DNA of 64,000 nucleotides from NCBI GenBank assembly GCA_964019335.1, contig OZ025739.1, positions 335,133 to 399,132 of the forward strand, read 5' to 3'. This DNA comes from Diplonema japonicum. Its lineage: Eukaryota; Protista; Euglenozoa: Diplonemea. Under the pieces are notes generated by a model, which made no database searches, was not told the origin of the DNA, and saw only the letters and a program-made list of their open reading frames with translations. Position numbers and translations under genes: made by a program. Positions 39,448-50,833 of this stretch are shown piece by piece. Each line of letters begins with the position of its first letter. The stretch's first letter is position 1.

Positions 39448-40623
39448 ATGTCTCGTCGGCGTGAACACTACGACAGGGAGGAGGAAGAGTACTTCAGAGA
39501 AGAGCGCCTCAGGGGCCGGCCCGCGGGCAAGCACTATGACGACACGCAGGTATTTTTTTAAAATTACTTTTGCACAACAAATCAACAGCTTTGTGATGAA
39601 GAATCGGATGAAGAAGATTATAGAGGAAGAGAAAGAGAGCAATATAGACACCGAGAAGAAAGGAACAGGGGCAGGAGAGATGAAGAAGATGAATATGATG
39701 CAAGGAGGCACGAAAGAAGGAGAGGGAGGTGCGAGAGAGGTGACGACAGAAACGACACCGGCAGAAAGGGAAGAGACAAAAGGGAAGAGAGAGACGATGA
39801 TGATGGGAGTTGGGTTGAAAACAGCAGCAGGGGAAGAGACGAATGGATCGAGAGAGAAGAGGACCCCATTCCAAAGGGTAGGGGCAGAGAGAACAGCAGG
39901 AAGGGAAGAGACGAGAGAAGCGAGAGAGAAGACAGCTCCAAGGGCAGGGAAACCCGGAACGGCAGGGAATCCCGGAACGGCAGGGGTAACAAGGTGACGG
40001 GAGAGGCTGCGATTGAAGAGTACCTCGAGATGGAAATCGAGATGCTGAATAAGAAGAAAGCCATGCTGGAAGACCTCATCGAACAACAGCCCAAACAAAC
40101 ACAGTTGACGCTGAAGCAGCCTGAAGCGCAGCTTTTTCTTGAGGGGTTCCAGGCGGAAGAAGTGCAGATGGGACGGCGCAAGACTGTGATGATTGTGGAC
40201 AGGGAGAACAATTGCACGCAATTCCTGAATGGTGTAACGAGACTGCCCAAGTGGTTGGAACTATACGTTGTTTGGAACCCGAAGAGTAAGAACCTCCTCG
40301 ACCTGCACCCCAGTGTGAAGAAAGCAGCATGCTTGATCGAAGCAGAGCATAACGTACTTAAGGCGTGCACCTTCCTGGCGGGCATGGCAGCCAGGCAGCA
40401 TGCCCAGCATGCAGATGAGACCGATATGTACCTCATCTACAACAGAACACACTCGCAGGACTCCCTCAATAGGTACTCTGAGTTGGAAGACGTCTTGGCT
40501 CTTGCAGGCTTCAACGTCGAGCCCAGGAACGGTGCAGGGGCGAACTTCGCCGATTTCTTAGAACATCGTGGGGAGAAATACAGCAAGTATACTAAAGAGC
40601 CGCCAAAGAATGCCACGTTTTAG
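39448..40623 (+). CDS. Hypothetical protein with Arg/Asp/Glu/Gly-rich N-terminal half
   Basis: ATG 39448 follows a CACACAG acceptor. Exon 39448-39549, intron 39550-39588, then an open frame continuous with ORF 39994..40623. Confidence 0.7.
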
Positions 40624-40704
40624 TTTTTCAGCTCTTCGGTAGTTGATTCAGAGTTTTTACTGTATCCTCATATTGCTGCATAACGCAACAGGAATGTACA
40701 CAAC

Positions 40705-43170
40705 ATGTCGACAGAATTAGATTGCTTAGATTTCGAAAAGTACTACAACACCACCTACGGTCTGGGCGATGCCGATGTTTCCGACTCCCGCATTACGTAC
40801 CCCACGCACTTCGAGGAGTTCCCTAGTATCGTACAGGGCGACGATGAAGTGGCCGTAGACTCGTCGGAGATGTACGCCAAGTGCTCGATATGCGGCGCAG
40901 CAGACGAGACGCTCATTTCTGGAGGTGCTTGTAAGCACTGCGACCCTCTCTGGGATGAAAATGGCGTTCAGTCTCCGATGAGCCTTCCTAAGAGCATGGT
41001 CCCCGATCTTCCTCCACACAGCGTCAACAACCATGTCCCTGTTAGGGAGAGTGTTCAGACTGTGCGCAGCAACCACAGATCTCCGGTGTTGCAGTATCAG
41101 ACTCCTCAGGTGCCTGCCACACTGCCTCAGCCCATGCATCAGGAGCACTACGATTTCACCATGCCTAGTGCTAAACCCAGCACGCCGCCACCATCCCAGT
41201 CACCCGTGCTGCAGCAGCAACAACAACCTGAGCACTTCACGCAGACAATGGCATACATGGAGGTGCAGACCCGTGCAATTTCCCAATCTCAAGAGCTACA
41301 CCAGCCTCCAGAATGTGTTGTCGTACCTTCCCCACCCACCCGAGTTGTGGCACCCGCGTCAGCCCTTCCTGCCCAGAACATGAACGTCGTACTTGACAAC
41401 GTGGCGTACTCAGCCGAAATCCAGAGGCTGCAGATGGCGCTGAACGACCAGCAGGAGCACCACCAGAGGGAGCTTCAGCCATTGAAAGATGAGCTTGCTC
41501 AGTTGAAGAGTGACACGAGCTTGTCGGAGCAAACAAGAAACACTTTAGAGAAGAAAACACAGCAATTGACAGCAGACCTCCAGCAGAAGGTTGACGTCAT
41601 TACAAATCTTGAACGTCAGTTGAACGATAAAAACAAAGAAATAGCTAACCTGAAGGATGCCGTGCAGAGGGAGACCGACTGGGGCAAGGACGATGCTGCA
41701 AAGGATGCGAAGGACCTTGCCGAAGCAAAGCGTACACTCAATGATGTAAGATCCGAAAGAAATCAGCTGAGCACCGACCTGAGCAAGGCAAGGGTCGCGG
41801 TCAGTGAGCTGGAAGCGGTAGTGAAGGGGAACGAGCTCAACTTGCGCATTGCTGCTGATGATACTGCAAAACACGAGAAGGCAGAAGACAACTTGAAATC
41901 TGAGCTAGATAGGCTGAGGAATGAGCTCCGCACACTGCAAGAGAGGCTGCACAGGGCCGATATTGCCACATCGAAACTCAATACGGAGAAACATGCCGTG
42001 GAAGATGAAATTAAGACTGAGAGAGCAAACTGTAAAGAAGTTGAGAAAGACTTGCAGAAGATACAGAGAGAGCTTCAGATAGAAAAGCAGAACGTTGTCC
42101 AGCTAGAGACAACGAAGTCCAAGCTGGAGCACAGCACTGCAGAGCTGCAGCACGAATTTAAAACAAGCCAATCAACTGCTGCAAAGGCGCGACAGAAACT
42201 CGATGAAGTGCAGACCTCACTCAGTGATATCACCAAGAAGTACCAAAACCTGCAGTTGGAGAACAGTCAGCTCCAGCACGCATTGACAGCCCAGAAGACT
42301 GGTGCACAAGACAGGTCACGGTCATCAGCGCAGCCCTCCCCACCGCAACACAATATGCAAAGCAGAGTAGAAGAAGAACAATGGGGACGAGAGAGGGAAA
42401 GAGAAAGAGAAAGAGAAAGAGAAAGAGAACGTGAGCGAGAGAAGGAGAGGAACAGAGAGCGAGAGAGGGAACACGAAATGGAACTCGAAAGAAGAAGACG
42501 AGACCAACAACAACAACAACAACGCCAAGAAAGAACCCCTGACATGCGAAGGCCACAAGAACCTGATGAATGGGCGCCCTCTAGGAGCGAGCTGAAAGTA
42601 CTCCGTAAAGTGCTGAACCATTATCACAGCGACGCTCCCAGCAATGCGCATGTTCAGCAACACAGAAGCCCTTATAGAGAAGCTAACGTTCAACCGAAGC
42701 ACCTGGCGCGTGATTATGAATACGAAGCACCCTCACACCACTCATCTGTGAGGCACGCCCACACACACGCACCAGCACCTGCACCTGAAATCCATGAAGC
42801 ACCTCGTACGCCGCCTCACTCACACTCACATGTGCAGCCCCAGGCCAAACAGTCACCCGGCCAACGTTCCCCAACCACGGGGAAAGGACATTTGGGCGGT
42901 GGGTTGTCCGGTTTGGCAGGATTCTCTGGCGGCAAACAGCAAGTGGCAATCCCCATGCAAGGACACTCGATCCAACAGCTAGAAGATGTACTCGTGCAGC
43001 TGCATCAAGAGAAGTCCCTTAAAGAGGATGAAATAGCAAAATTGAATCAGACAAAAGCACGCTCCATAGCAGACAGGAAGCACCGCATGGCGACAGAGCA
43101 GCGCATCCAGTCCCTTGAGAAAGAGATCAACAAAAACAAAACACAGCTCCGGCAGCTGACACGCAGATAA
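40705..43170 (+). CDS. Long coiled-coil protein with N-terminal CxxC..CxxC and an MPHOSPH9/enkurin-like C-terminal helical hairpin
   Basis: 821-aa ORF; CSIC...CKHC; heptad-rich core; RE repeat; C-terminus IQQLEDVLVQLHQEKSLKEDEIAKL...RSIADRKHRMATEQRIQSLEKEI. Confidence 0.75.
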   Translation: MSTELDCLDFEKYYNTTYGLGDADVSDSRITYPTHFEEFPSIVQGDDEVAVDSSEMYAKCSICGAADETLISGGACKHCDPLWDENGVQSPMSLPKSMVPDLPPHSVNNHVPVRESVQTVRSNHRSPVLQYQTPQVPATLPQPMHQEHYDFTMPSAKPSTPPPSQSPVLQQQQQPEHFTQTMAYMEVQTRAISQSQELHQPPECVVVPSPPTRVVAPASALPAQNMNVVLDNVAYSAEIQRLQMALNDQQEHHQRELQPLKDELAQLKSDTSLSEQTRNTLEKKTQQLTADLQQKVDVITNLERQLNDKNKEIANLKDAVQRETDWGKDDAAKDAKDLAEAKRTLNDVRSERNQLSTDLSKARVAVSELEAVVKGNELNLRIAADDTAKHEKAEDNLKSELDRLRNELRTLQERLHRADIATSKLNTEKHAVEDEIKTERANCKEVEKDLQKIQRELQIEKQNVVQLETTKSKLEHSTAELQHEFKTSQSTAAKARQKLDEVQTSLSDITKKYQNLQLENSQLQHALTAQKTGAQDRSRSSAQPSPPQHNMQSRVEEEQWGREREREREREREREREREKERNREREREHEMELERRRRDQQQQQQRQERTPDMRRPQEPDEWAPSRSELKVLRKVLNHYHSDAPSNAHVQQHRSPYREANVQPKHLARDYEYEAPSHHSSVRHAHTHAPAPAPEIHEAPRTPPHSHSHVQPQAKQSPGQRSPTTGKGHLGGGLSGLAGFSGGKQQVAIPMQGHSIQQLEDVLVQLHQEKSLKEDEIAKLNQTKARSIADRKHRMATEQRIQSLEKEINKNKTQLRQLTRR

Positions 43171-43275
43171 GCAATAGATGCATAGATAGATAGAAAAACA
43201 TGTTGGTGTTTCCGCCTTTCGTATTAGTCTTTTCACATCACATTACACATAGCATCACACAGAGGACATCGATGC

Positions 43276-44514
43276 ATGGCTGTCATTGAGGAAGATTTGA
43301 GAAGACCGCTGCTTGAGCTTGAGAGGGTGGGAATGGAGAGCAGCAGAGTAGACGTCGACGTGGGTTTGGAGGCAGTGTTTGTCGCGAGGTTCGATGTCCA
43401 TAAGGGGAATGTGATCGAGTGGAGCCATCCGTTGAGCGAGCAGAGCAGAGCTGAGGGCCAGGAGGGTGGCGGAAAGATCTTAGATCTTGGTGGCTTGGAG
43501 TTTAAAGTGTTAGTGTCGGGTTCCCATCTTGTAGAAGAGGATTATGTGCTGTTCCAGTTTCACGGCCTGTATGGCGTTGCTGTGTACAACCAGCTGAAGG
43601 AGCCGACAGCTCCTCGTGGTGCATGGCAGCGTGCCGCAGGAGTGCTCTGCAGGCACTACTACTACCTGCCGCAGCATTTGTCCGTTTTAAGTAAAGCTGC
43701 GAAAGGGGTGAACAGCAACCCCGGTGTGTACGACACACTGATGGAATATTTCATGGCAAACACTTCGATGGACAGGAGCCTTGTCTTGTCGCCTCACTCC
43801 TTGCCACCCGTACACCCCGAGGCTCTGTCTCCCAAGCAGGCGACTATGTACCTGCAACAGGTTGCCATGGCTTGTGAAAGTATAAACTGTCTGGCTGAGT
43901 ACTTCGGCCCTGATATTTTCAGGTTGTGGCGGGCGTTGTTGTGTGGAGCACGCGTCTTGTTCATGTCGCCGCTTCCGACAGGCGCTGCGTGTTCGAGAAT
44001 GCATGCTGCGTGCGGGTTGTTAACAACAAAAGAGCAGCACTACAACCTCATCGAGCATCCCTCGAGGCTGTACTACGTTAATATTGCAGACATTCCATTC
44101 CTCAAAGATGTTAAGTACTACATAGCCTGTACCACGGAGAAGGTGTTCGCCGACAAGACGCAACTCTGGGACCTTCTTATAGATGAGAAAAAGTTCATTG
44201 TTGGCAAGCAGCACACCAAGCTTTTGGCGAAAATGTCAAAAGATGCCGAGATGTTTAAGGACCTGCAGAGCAAGTCGGGAGAAGGACCCGCTGCAGCTTT
44301 GAAGTACTTTGAGACCCTAAACACTAAACTGGTATGCTGGAATCAAGTGAAATCAAACAACACACCACAGTTCCAAAGATTGATGACCCGAGAAGACATG
44401 TCGTCAGGGGAAGTGAAGAGCCTCGGCCTAAACATGCACACTGCCGTGGCACTGCTGCAAGACTCGTCCAAGCCGTTTCAAGCAAGCATTAGCAAAGGAG
44501 GTACTTGCTGTTAA
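43276..44514 (+). CDS. DENND11/LCHN (Anr2)-like DENN-domain protein
   Basis: AVFVARFDVHKGNVIEWS, GLEFKVLVSGSHLVEEDYVLF, FGPDIFRLWRALL, YIACTTEKVFADK..LWD. In-frame 39-nt intron 44332-44370. Confidence 0.85.
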   Translation: MAVIEEDLRRPLLELERVGMESSRVDVDVGLEAVFVARFDVHKGNVIEWSHPLSEQSRAEGQEGGGKILDLGGLEFKVLVSGSHLVEEDYVLFQFHGLYGVAVYNQLKEPTAPRGAWQRAAGVLCRHYYYLPQHLSVLSKAAKGVNSNPGVYDTLMEYFMANTSMDRSLVLSPHSLPPVHPEALSPKQATMYLQQVAMACESINCLAEYFGPDIFRLWRALLCGARVLFMSPLPTGAACSRMHAACGLLTTKEQHYNLIEHPSRLYYVNIADIPFLKDVKYYIACTTEKVFADKTQLWDLLIDEKKFIVGKQHTKLLAKMSKDAEMFKDLQSKSGEGPAAALKYFETLNTKLVCWNQVKSNNTPQFQRLMTREDMSSGEVKSLGLNMHTAVALLQDSSKPFQASISKGGTCC

Positions 44515-44769
44515 GTGTCAGTCCAGTCTTAGTTCACATTGTCAATATTGTTTTTGTCTTTGTTTTACCTGTTCCTGGGTGTTCCTTGCCATTATTTTTC
44601 TCTTCCCCCTCCCCCCGTTATTTAGTTTTTCTTCTCTGGATCGTGTTTCTCTTTGTTCCCTTTTTTATTTCAGTTTATGTAGCCGTTAGGAACAGCGCCT
44701 GTAAGCATTATATCCCCCTTTTTTTTCCCACTGTTCAAAACTCATCAGTACAGTGCGGCCTCCCGCAAC

Positions 44770-45866
44770 ATGCACGTCCACGAAGAGGATTATGAAGACT
44801 GGCAACTGTCTGATCTGGTATGATGTGTATTCCGGTATCACATAAAACCCTAGGAGTTGCGGGATACACTGGGAACAGGAACATTCGGAAGAGTGAGGCT
44901 TGTGAAGTGCAAGCTTGAGTATGTGGGGAAAGCCACACCGGCGCAACAACAACACACAGTCAAAAGTTTTATGCACTGAAAATATTGAAGAAACAAGAAG
45001 TAATCCGCATGAAACAGATAGAGCATGTCCTGGCGGAGGCCAGCATCATGCAGGAGGTAAACTTCCCATTCATTGTCTCGCTGCTGAAGCGGTTCATGGA
45101 CGATAGCAAAGTATGCACACCTACTATTTATGTTATCCACGCACAGCTGTACTTTCTGCTCGAGTACATCCCTGGGGGTGAATTGTTCTCGCATCATAAA
45201 AAAGCGGGCAAGTTCCCCAACGATGTGTGCAAGTTCTACACCGCGGAAATCGTCCTTGCCTTTGAGTACCTACACTCTAAGGACATTATCTACAGGGACC
45301 TCAAGCCCGAAAACTTGCTGCTCGATCTGCAGGGCCATATAAAAATTTGCGATTTTGGTTTCTCGAAAAAAGTCCCCGAAAGGACACACACGCTGTGCGG
45401 CACACCCGAGTACCTTGCACCCGAGGTCATCCAGTCCAACGGGCACGGCAAGGCTGTCGACTGGTGGTCGCTAGGCATCTTGCTGTACGAGCTGCTGGTG
45501 GGGTACCCGCCGTTCTACGACGAGTCGCCATTTAGGATCTATGAGAAAATTTTGGAGAGGAAACTTTCTTTCCCAAAATGGATCGACTCCCGTGCTAAAG
45601 ACATTATAAAGCAGTTCCTCGTGCTGGACCCTGTCGAAAGGCTGGGCGCCAATAAATTGGGTGTGAAAAACATACGCGACCATAAGTACTACGGCGGCAT
45701 CGACTGGGACGTCGTGCAAGCCAAAAAGATCCCTGCACCTATCCCCATCAAGGCCAGGGAGCAGGGCGACACGCGGTACTTCGACAAGTACCCCGACTCG
45801 TTCGATACACAAACGAAGACTCTTACTGCCAGCCAGCAGGAGTACTTCAAAAACTTTCTAACATAA
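44770..45866 (+). CDS. PKAC: Protein kinase A catalytic subunit
   Basis: Exons 44770-44817, 44854-44918, 44960-45110, 45147-45866. Spliced: WQLSDLELRDTLGTGTFGRVRLV..FYALKILKKQEVIRMKQIEHV, YRDLKPEN, RTHTLCGTPEYLAPE, GDTRYFDKYPD. Confidence 0.93.
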
Positions 45867-46016
45867 ACGAACTTCACACCTCTCAGTTCCGTTCCGTTAC
45901 TAGAGTCTTTGTTCCGTAGGTGTACCTTTATAGCTGGTGCCCGTAATGTTGGCGCCCGCAAACTTGTCTTTCTTATTTGCGCTCCACCTCCACATGCCAC
46001 ACAGGAAGGACATGGG

Positions 46017-47468
46017 ATGAGTGCCGCTCAGACTGACGGGGTGGACGAGGCAGACGCCTTCTTCAGTGTCATGATGCCGTCGCCAAGCATGACAACACCT
46101 CCCAGGGAGATGACCTATGAGAGCAGGGCCAGCCCGGGGTTTGGGGCAAGGTACGTACCGCCGGTGCTGCCTGGCATGAGTCAAGGGTTTGCGAACGAGA
46201 CACCGCTCAAGACGCTCAACAAGAAGGAGCTTCTGCTTGCGAAGAAAGAAAAAGAAGCCGCAGAAAACCTTTTACAAGCCGCGAAGGAGCAGCACGCACT
46301 AGAGTTGAAAGAAATGCGTGACAAGGTGTCTAAGTTGTTGGAGGACAAGCGAAAGGTAGAACGCAAGAATAGCGAAAAAGACAAGGAAGTTGCAACCTGC
46401 AAAGCGGAGCTCCAGAAACTGCAAGAGAAATCTGAGAAGAGGGACGCTGATCTGCAGAAACGGACGCAAGAGCTCATGAAGCTGAGGAAGAGCAGCAGCA
46501 AGCAGTGTGACCCTTTGATTGCTGAGGTTGAGAAGTTGAAGGAAGAAAACGACAAATTGATGGAAACCGCTAGCAGCAGCAAAGGGGAAATGGAAAGGGC
46601 TCTTGAAGTGGCGGCACAACGACACAGCATATCGGAAGAGGCCATGCTTGAGAGCCAACGGTCGCTGCGGGCTGATACGGAAATGTACAGAGCGCGTGAG
46701 CGGGAAGCACTGAATGAGTTGGAGACTTGTAGAGAAATCTTCCGCATCAAAGAAGACGAGGTATCACTCCTGAAGCAGAAGCACGTGCTTGAGGTCGACG
46801 CTCTGCAAGATAAGCTGACTGTTGTGCAGCAGGAATACTCCGACTTGAAAGCAGCGATGGCGGCCTACAACGCGGAGGCAAGATCCTTGCAAGAGGTGGT
46901 TACAGAGCTGCAAGCAACGAAAGACTCCCTTGCAGCAGCAGAGTCTGAGCTGACCAGTGCTAGGGCACATGCAAAAAGTGCAGAAGAGCGGTTAGAAGCA
47001 GTGGAAGAAGAGAGCAAGAACTTTAACAACAGATTAAGTGCACTGCAAATAGAGCATTCTACAAGCGAGGCACTGCTAGGAGCGGCCAAAAAGGTGCAAG
47101 AAGAGTACCTGCATCAGATGAAATCCACAGCAAAGATGCTGAAGAGCAGCGAGTACGAACGGGAGCAGCTCAATGCTATGCTCAACAACACGCACAGCAC
47201 CGTGAAAAGGCAAAATGAGCAGCTGCTTACAGAAATCGCCGAGTCCCGTGAGAAGGGCATCCTTCTGGGCGAGTCCGTTGCAAAGGAGAAGAACCTCCTC
47301 ATACAAATCCAAACGCAAGCGGATCTTATAAAAGAGCTGCAGTTGCAGCTAGAGGCGCAGCCGCCACCCAGGGCCCCTATCAAGGCGCGGGTGGACACGG
47401 GGCGGACGTGGGATGCGTCCCTCGCAGAGGCTGTATTGCGGCAGTCGTCTGAACTGAAGAAGAAGTGA
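46017..47468 (+). CDS. Hypothetical coiled-coil protein
   Basis: Long K/E/L heptad-rich ORF; ATG 46017 follows a CACACAG acceptor at 46004. Confidence 0.75.
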   Translation: MSAAQTDGVDEADAFFSVMMPSPSMTTPPREMTYESRASPGFGARYVPPVLPGMSQGFANETPLKTLNKKELLLAKKEKEAAENLLQAAKEQHALELKEMRDKVSKLLEDKRKVERKNSEKDKEVATCKAELQKLQEKSEKRDADLQKRTQELMKLRKSSSKQCDPLIAEVEKLKEENDKLMETASSSKGEMERALEVAAQRHSISEEAMLESQRSLRADTEMYRAREREALNELETCREIFRIKEDEVSLLKQKHVLEVDALQDKLTVVQQEYSDLKAAMAAYNAEARSLQEVVTELQATKDSLAAAESELTSARAHAKSAEERLEAVEEESKNFNNRLSALQIEHSTSEALLGAAKKVQEEYLHQMKSTAKMLKSSEYEREQLNAMLNNTHSTVKRQNEQLLTEIAESREKGILLGESVAKEKNLLIQIQTQADLIKELQLQLEAQPPPRAPIKARVDTGRTWDASLAEAVLRQSSELKKK

Positions 47469-47597
47469 GGAATAGATGTACTTTGCTTTGAACAACCTGT
47501 ATTCGTTTGTGCCACGTTCCCCTGATTTCGTTTTTTTGAAGTAAACATTCAAGACTAGAAGAAAAGAAGGAAAAAAAAAAAAAAACTAAAAACTAAA

Positions 47598-48286
47598 ATG
47601 GCGGGTGCTTTGGAAAACGATGAGATGAACTGCCTGTACAAGGTGCTGGTGGTGGGCGAAGGTGGTACAGGGAAGACATGTGTGATCAGGAGGTACGTGC
47701 ACAACATCTTCCAAATGAGCACAAAGAGCACGATCGGTGTGGATTTCGCTTTGAAGATGATCAACTGGGACAACAAGAAGCAGATCACGCTGCAGGTGTG
47801 GGACATTGCGGGACAGGAGAGGTACGGGCAGATGACGAGGGTGTACTACCAGGCGGCAGTAGGAGCGCTTGTTGTGTTTGACATCAAGAAGCCGGAAACC
47901 TTCGCGGCAGTGGCGAAGTGGAAACAGGACATCGACAACAAGGTGTACATGCCTGATGGGTCCTCCATCCCGTGTGTGCTGCTCGCCAACAAGAGTGACT
48001 TGGGTCCCCTCTCCGACTTCAAGTCCAAGGCTGAGATGGACGCCTTCTGCGCAGAAAACGGCTTTGTGGCGTGGTTCGAGACCTCTGCCTTCAAAGACAT
48101 CAACATTAAACCCGCTTTCGAAAAGCTCGTAGAACACATTGTGGCCAACGACAACCCCAAAGCCAACGAGGCCAAGGCGACCAATGAGGTATGAGGAGGG
48201 GGGAATGAAATTCTATTAACATACAGAAACTCGTCTCGATTGCTTCCCCTCAACAGCGTGAGAACAGTGGCAAATGCAAGTGCTGA
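47598..48286 (+). CDS. RAB32: Rab32/38/29-subfamily small GTPase
   Basis: GEGGTGKT, STIGVDFALK, subfamily-diagnostic WDIAGQER, NKSD, ETSA. Intron 48189-48226; the spliced end is ...SGKCKC*, a CXC prenylation motif. Confidence 0.9.
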
Positions 48287-49891
48287 GCACAGCATTGGCA
48301 TTTTCTTCCCCCTTTTTCCCAAATCCCCCTTGAATCAACGAGAGACTCGGAAAAAAAAAAAAAAAAAAAAAAAGAGCGTGAAATAAGTAAAACCTAGCCC
48401 TTGCAGCAAGGGCAGCGTCCTGATAAGGTCTTTTTAAAAGACACGAGGAAAGAGTGTGTGGAAATTTTCTTTTTTGTTTTCAAAGTGAAAGAGGTTTTAA
48501 AAAAAAAAAAAAAAATACCTAAACGAATAACTAAAAATGACCTTGCGTGATCCCCCCTTCCCCCCCCTTTTTTTTCCCCCTTCAATGGCCACTAATAGCT
48601 TAAGAGGACTGACAGAGGTACTTTTTTCCCTTCTTCTTTTCCCTCCCTCTCTTCTATTTTTTCTTCTTCTTTCAGGGCTTGCACGGTTAGTCAAACACAT
48701 TGCAGGTCGAGTTATTTTTTTCTTCCCCCTTCTATACTCACATTCCCATTCCCATTTATTCTCCTCTACAGTACCTTCTTATGTCTGGTGGCCGTTTCCC
48801 CGTCTTTTTTTCCCTGTCCCATATTTTTTTTCTTTTCTCTAGCATTCCCTTCCCCCTTCCTTTTTTTTACTTACATTTGCCTAAGTCTGCGGTATTGCAA
48901 ACTTCCTTTGAGACGTTGGAACGAGAAAGGGCTTCCCAATGGTGGAAAGGAAATGAGAAATAGAAATATAGAGCTAAGTCATCCTATGTGTATGTATTGA
49001 CCTTTAGCGGGTTCAGTTTTTCTTTTGCAACTTGTTCTTTATTTCTTATTTTTTTTTACCCTTCTCTTTCCTTTCTCTTGGGTTACCTCCTCTTTGTTTT
49101 GTCTTGGTTAAGAGGTGTGCGCCCGTAATTCTTAGGAATATTTTGAAAAAAAGGAAGTGCAAGTTTCCACCCTCCCCCCCATTCTCTTTTAAAGGAAAAA
49201 GTATGCTGCACTTGGGTTTTAATCGCAAGTAGTCGAGGGTACCCCCTGTTTGGTTGCCTTCCGTTGGATGTTAATCCCCCCCACCCCCCCTTTTTTTTTC
49301 CGTGTGCCTGTTATGCAATAGGGGACTCCTTCCCTGAACCCATTCCCATCCCCCTCCCTACTTTGGATTGAAAGTTACCAAGTGAGCATTTTCATTTTCC
49401 CCTTTCCCCTACATTTTATTTTTTTTTTGAAAAAAAACACGCAAGAAGAAAAAAAAAAAAGAATTAGTTGTCAATTAACCTCTGTCTCCAGCAAAGAAAA
49501 GGTAGTCGGAGAAATACAAAATCGTTAAAATCTCGGGGGAGGGATTCAAATAAAAAAGAAAGAGGAGGAGAGGGAGCACAGGGGGTGAGGAAGGTACACG
49601 TGTACGAATTGTCTTAAAAAGATTTAGCCCCCCCCCCCACCTTTTTTTGACGGAGGACCAAGAATACGTCATTGCAGTCAAAATGTCTCTCTGTTTCCCT
49701 GTCCCTCCCTTCGTTTATTGTTCTTAATTTCCCTTTTTATTCGCTCTTTCCCACTCTTCCACCCTGCGCTCCCTCATTATTTCTTCTCCCTTTCCCCCCT
49801 CCCCCTTCCCCCCGCGCCCTTCATGTGTCTTACGCCACCGCCTTTTTGCAAGCCCTGAAGCACCGACAGGACACACCACCCGAGCATCAAC

Positions 49892-50605
49892 ATGATCAAG
49901 GCTGTGCTGTTGGACATGGACGGTGTGCTTGCTGAGGTGAAGGCCTCGTACAGGGCGTGCATTCTTGAGACGGCAAAGTCTTACGGGGTGCACATCACCA
50001 GCGAGGAGGTGACTGCCGAGAAGGTGAAAGGCAATGCCAACAACGATTGGATTCTGACCCGGAAGATGATGCACGACAGGGGGGTGGATGTGTCGCTGGA
50101 AGAGGTCACTGCGGCCTTCGACAAGCTATACCAAGAGCTGTGTATGTTAGAGACGTTGATCCCGGCACGTGGGGTGCTGGAGGCCTTGTACAATAAGGTG
50201 GGTGGAAAGATGGCTATTGTGACGGGAAGACCTGCTAAGGACTGCCAGTTCTTCTTGAAGAGGTTCAACCTGGAGCACCTAGTGGTCATGTCAGTCTGCA
50301 TGGAAGACGGCCCCGCCAAGCCCCATCCAAACAGCGTGCAGATGGCCTGTAAGGCGCTCAACGTCCGTCCGGAAGACGCCATTATGATAGGAGACACGCC
50401 TGATGACATCAAAGCTGCTGTGGCTGCCGGTGCTAAGGGCATTGGCGTCCTCCTGCAGGATGACCATGCGAAGACCATCCTTTCAGGCAGCTCCCCCAAT
50501 ACCATCCCCGTAGTGCAGTCCATGTTGCAATCTGGTGCGATATCCATCATCAGACCCGGTCTGGCCGACCTTCTTGACCTTGACTACGCTTCACCCAAGC
50601 TTTGA
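49892..50605 (+). CDS. HAD-superfamily subfamily IA hydrolase (TIGR01548-like phosphatase)
   Basis: Motif I LLDMDGVL, cap motif GNANNDWILT, motif II IVTGRP, motif III KPHP, motif IV MIGDTPDD. Confidence 0.85.
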   Translation: MIKAVLLDMDGVLAEVKASYRACILETAKSYGVHITSEEVTAEKVKGNANNDWILTRKMMHDRGVDVSLEEVTAAFDKLYQELCMLETLIPARGVLEALYNKVGGKMAIVTGRPAKDCQFFLKRFNLEHLVVMSVCMEDGPAKPHPNSVQMACKALNVRPEDAIMIGDTPDDIKAAVAAGAKGIGVLLQDDHAKTILSGSSPNTIPVVQSMLQSGAISIIRPGLADLLDLDYASPKL

Positions 50606-50833
50606 ACAACCCCTCCTCCTTGTTGCCCATTGTGTGCAGGAGCAACCTCCGTACATCCCTTTCTGGCATACGATGCAAAAGGTTTTTTCCTGTTTCGTGT
50701 ACGTTTACTTTTTATTTGCGGCTTACAAAACCTGTATCGGAGCTGCCGTCACGTGGCCACCTGCCGGCGGGCATTCCAAGGCAAAGGGACGAGACCCGTG
50801 ATGTTTTCATGTTGTATTCTAAAAATAAATCCT

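Noticed and set aside
39365-39997. 210-aa ORF in the track
   Set aside because: Shadow frame; the spliced 39448-40623 model has a proper ATG, acceptor and intron.
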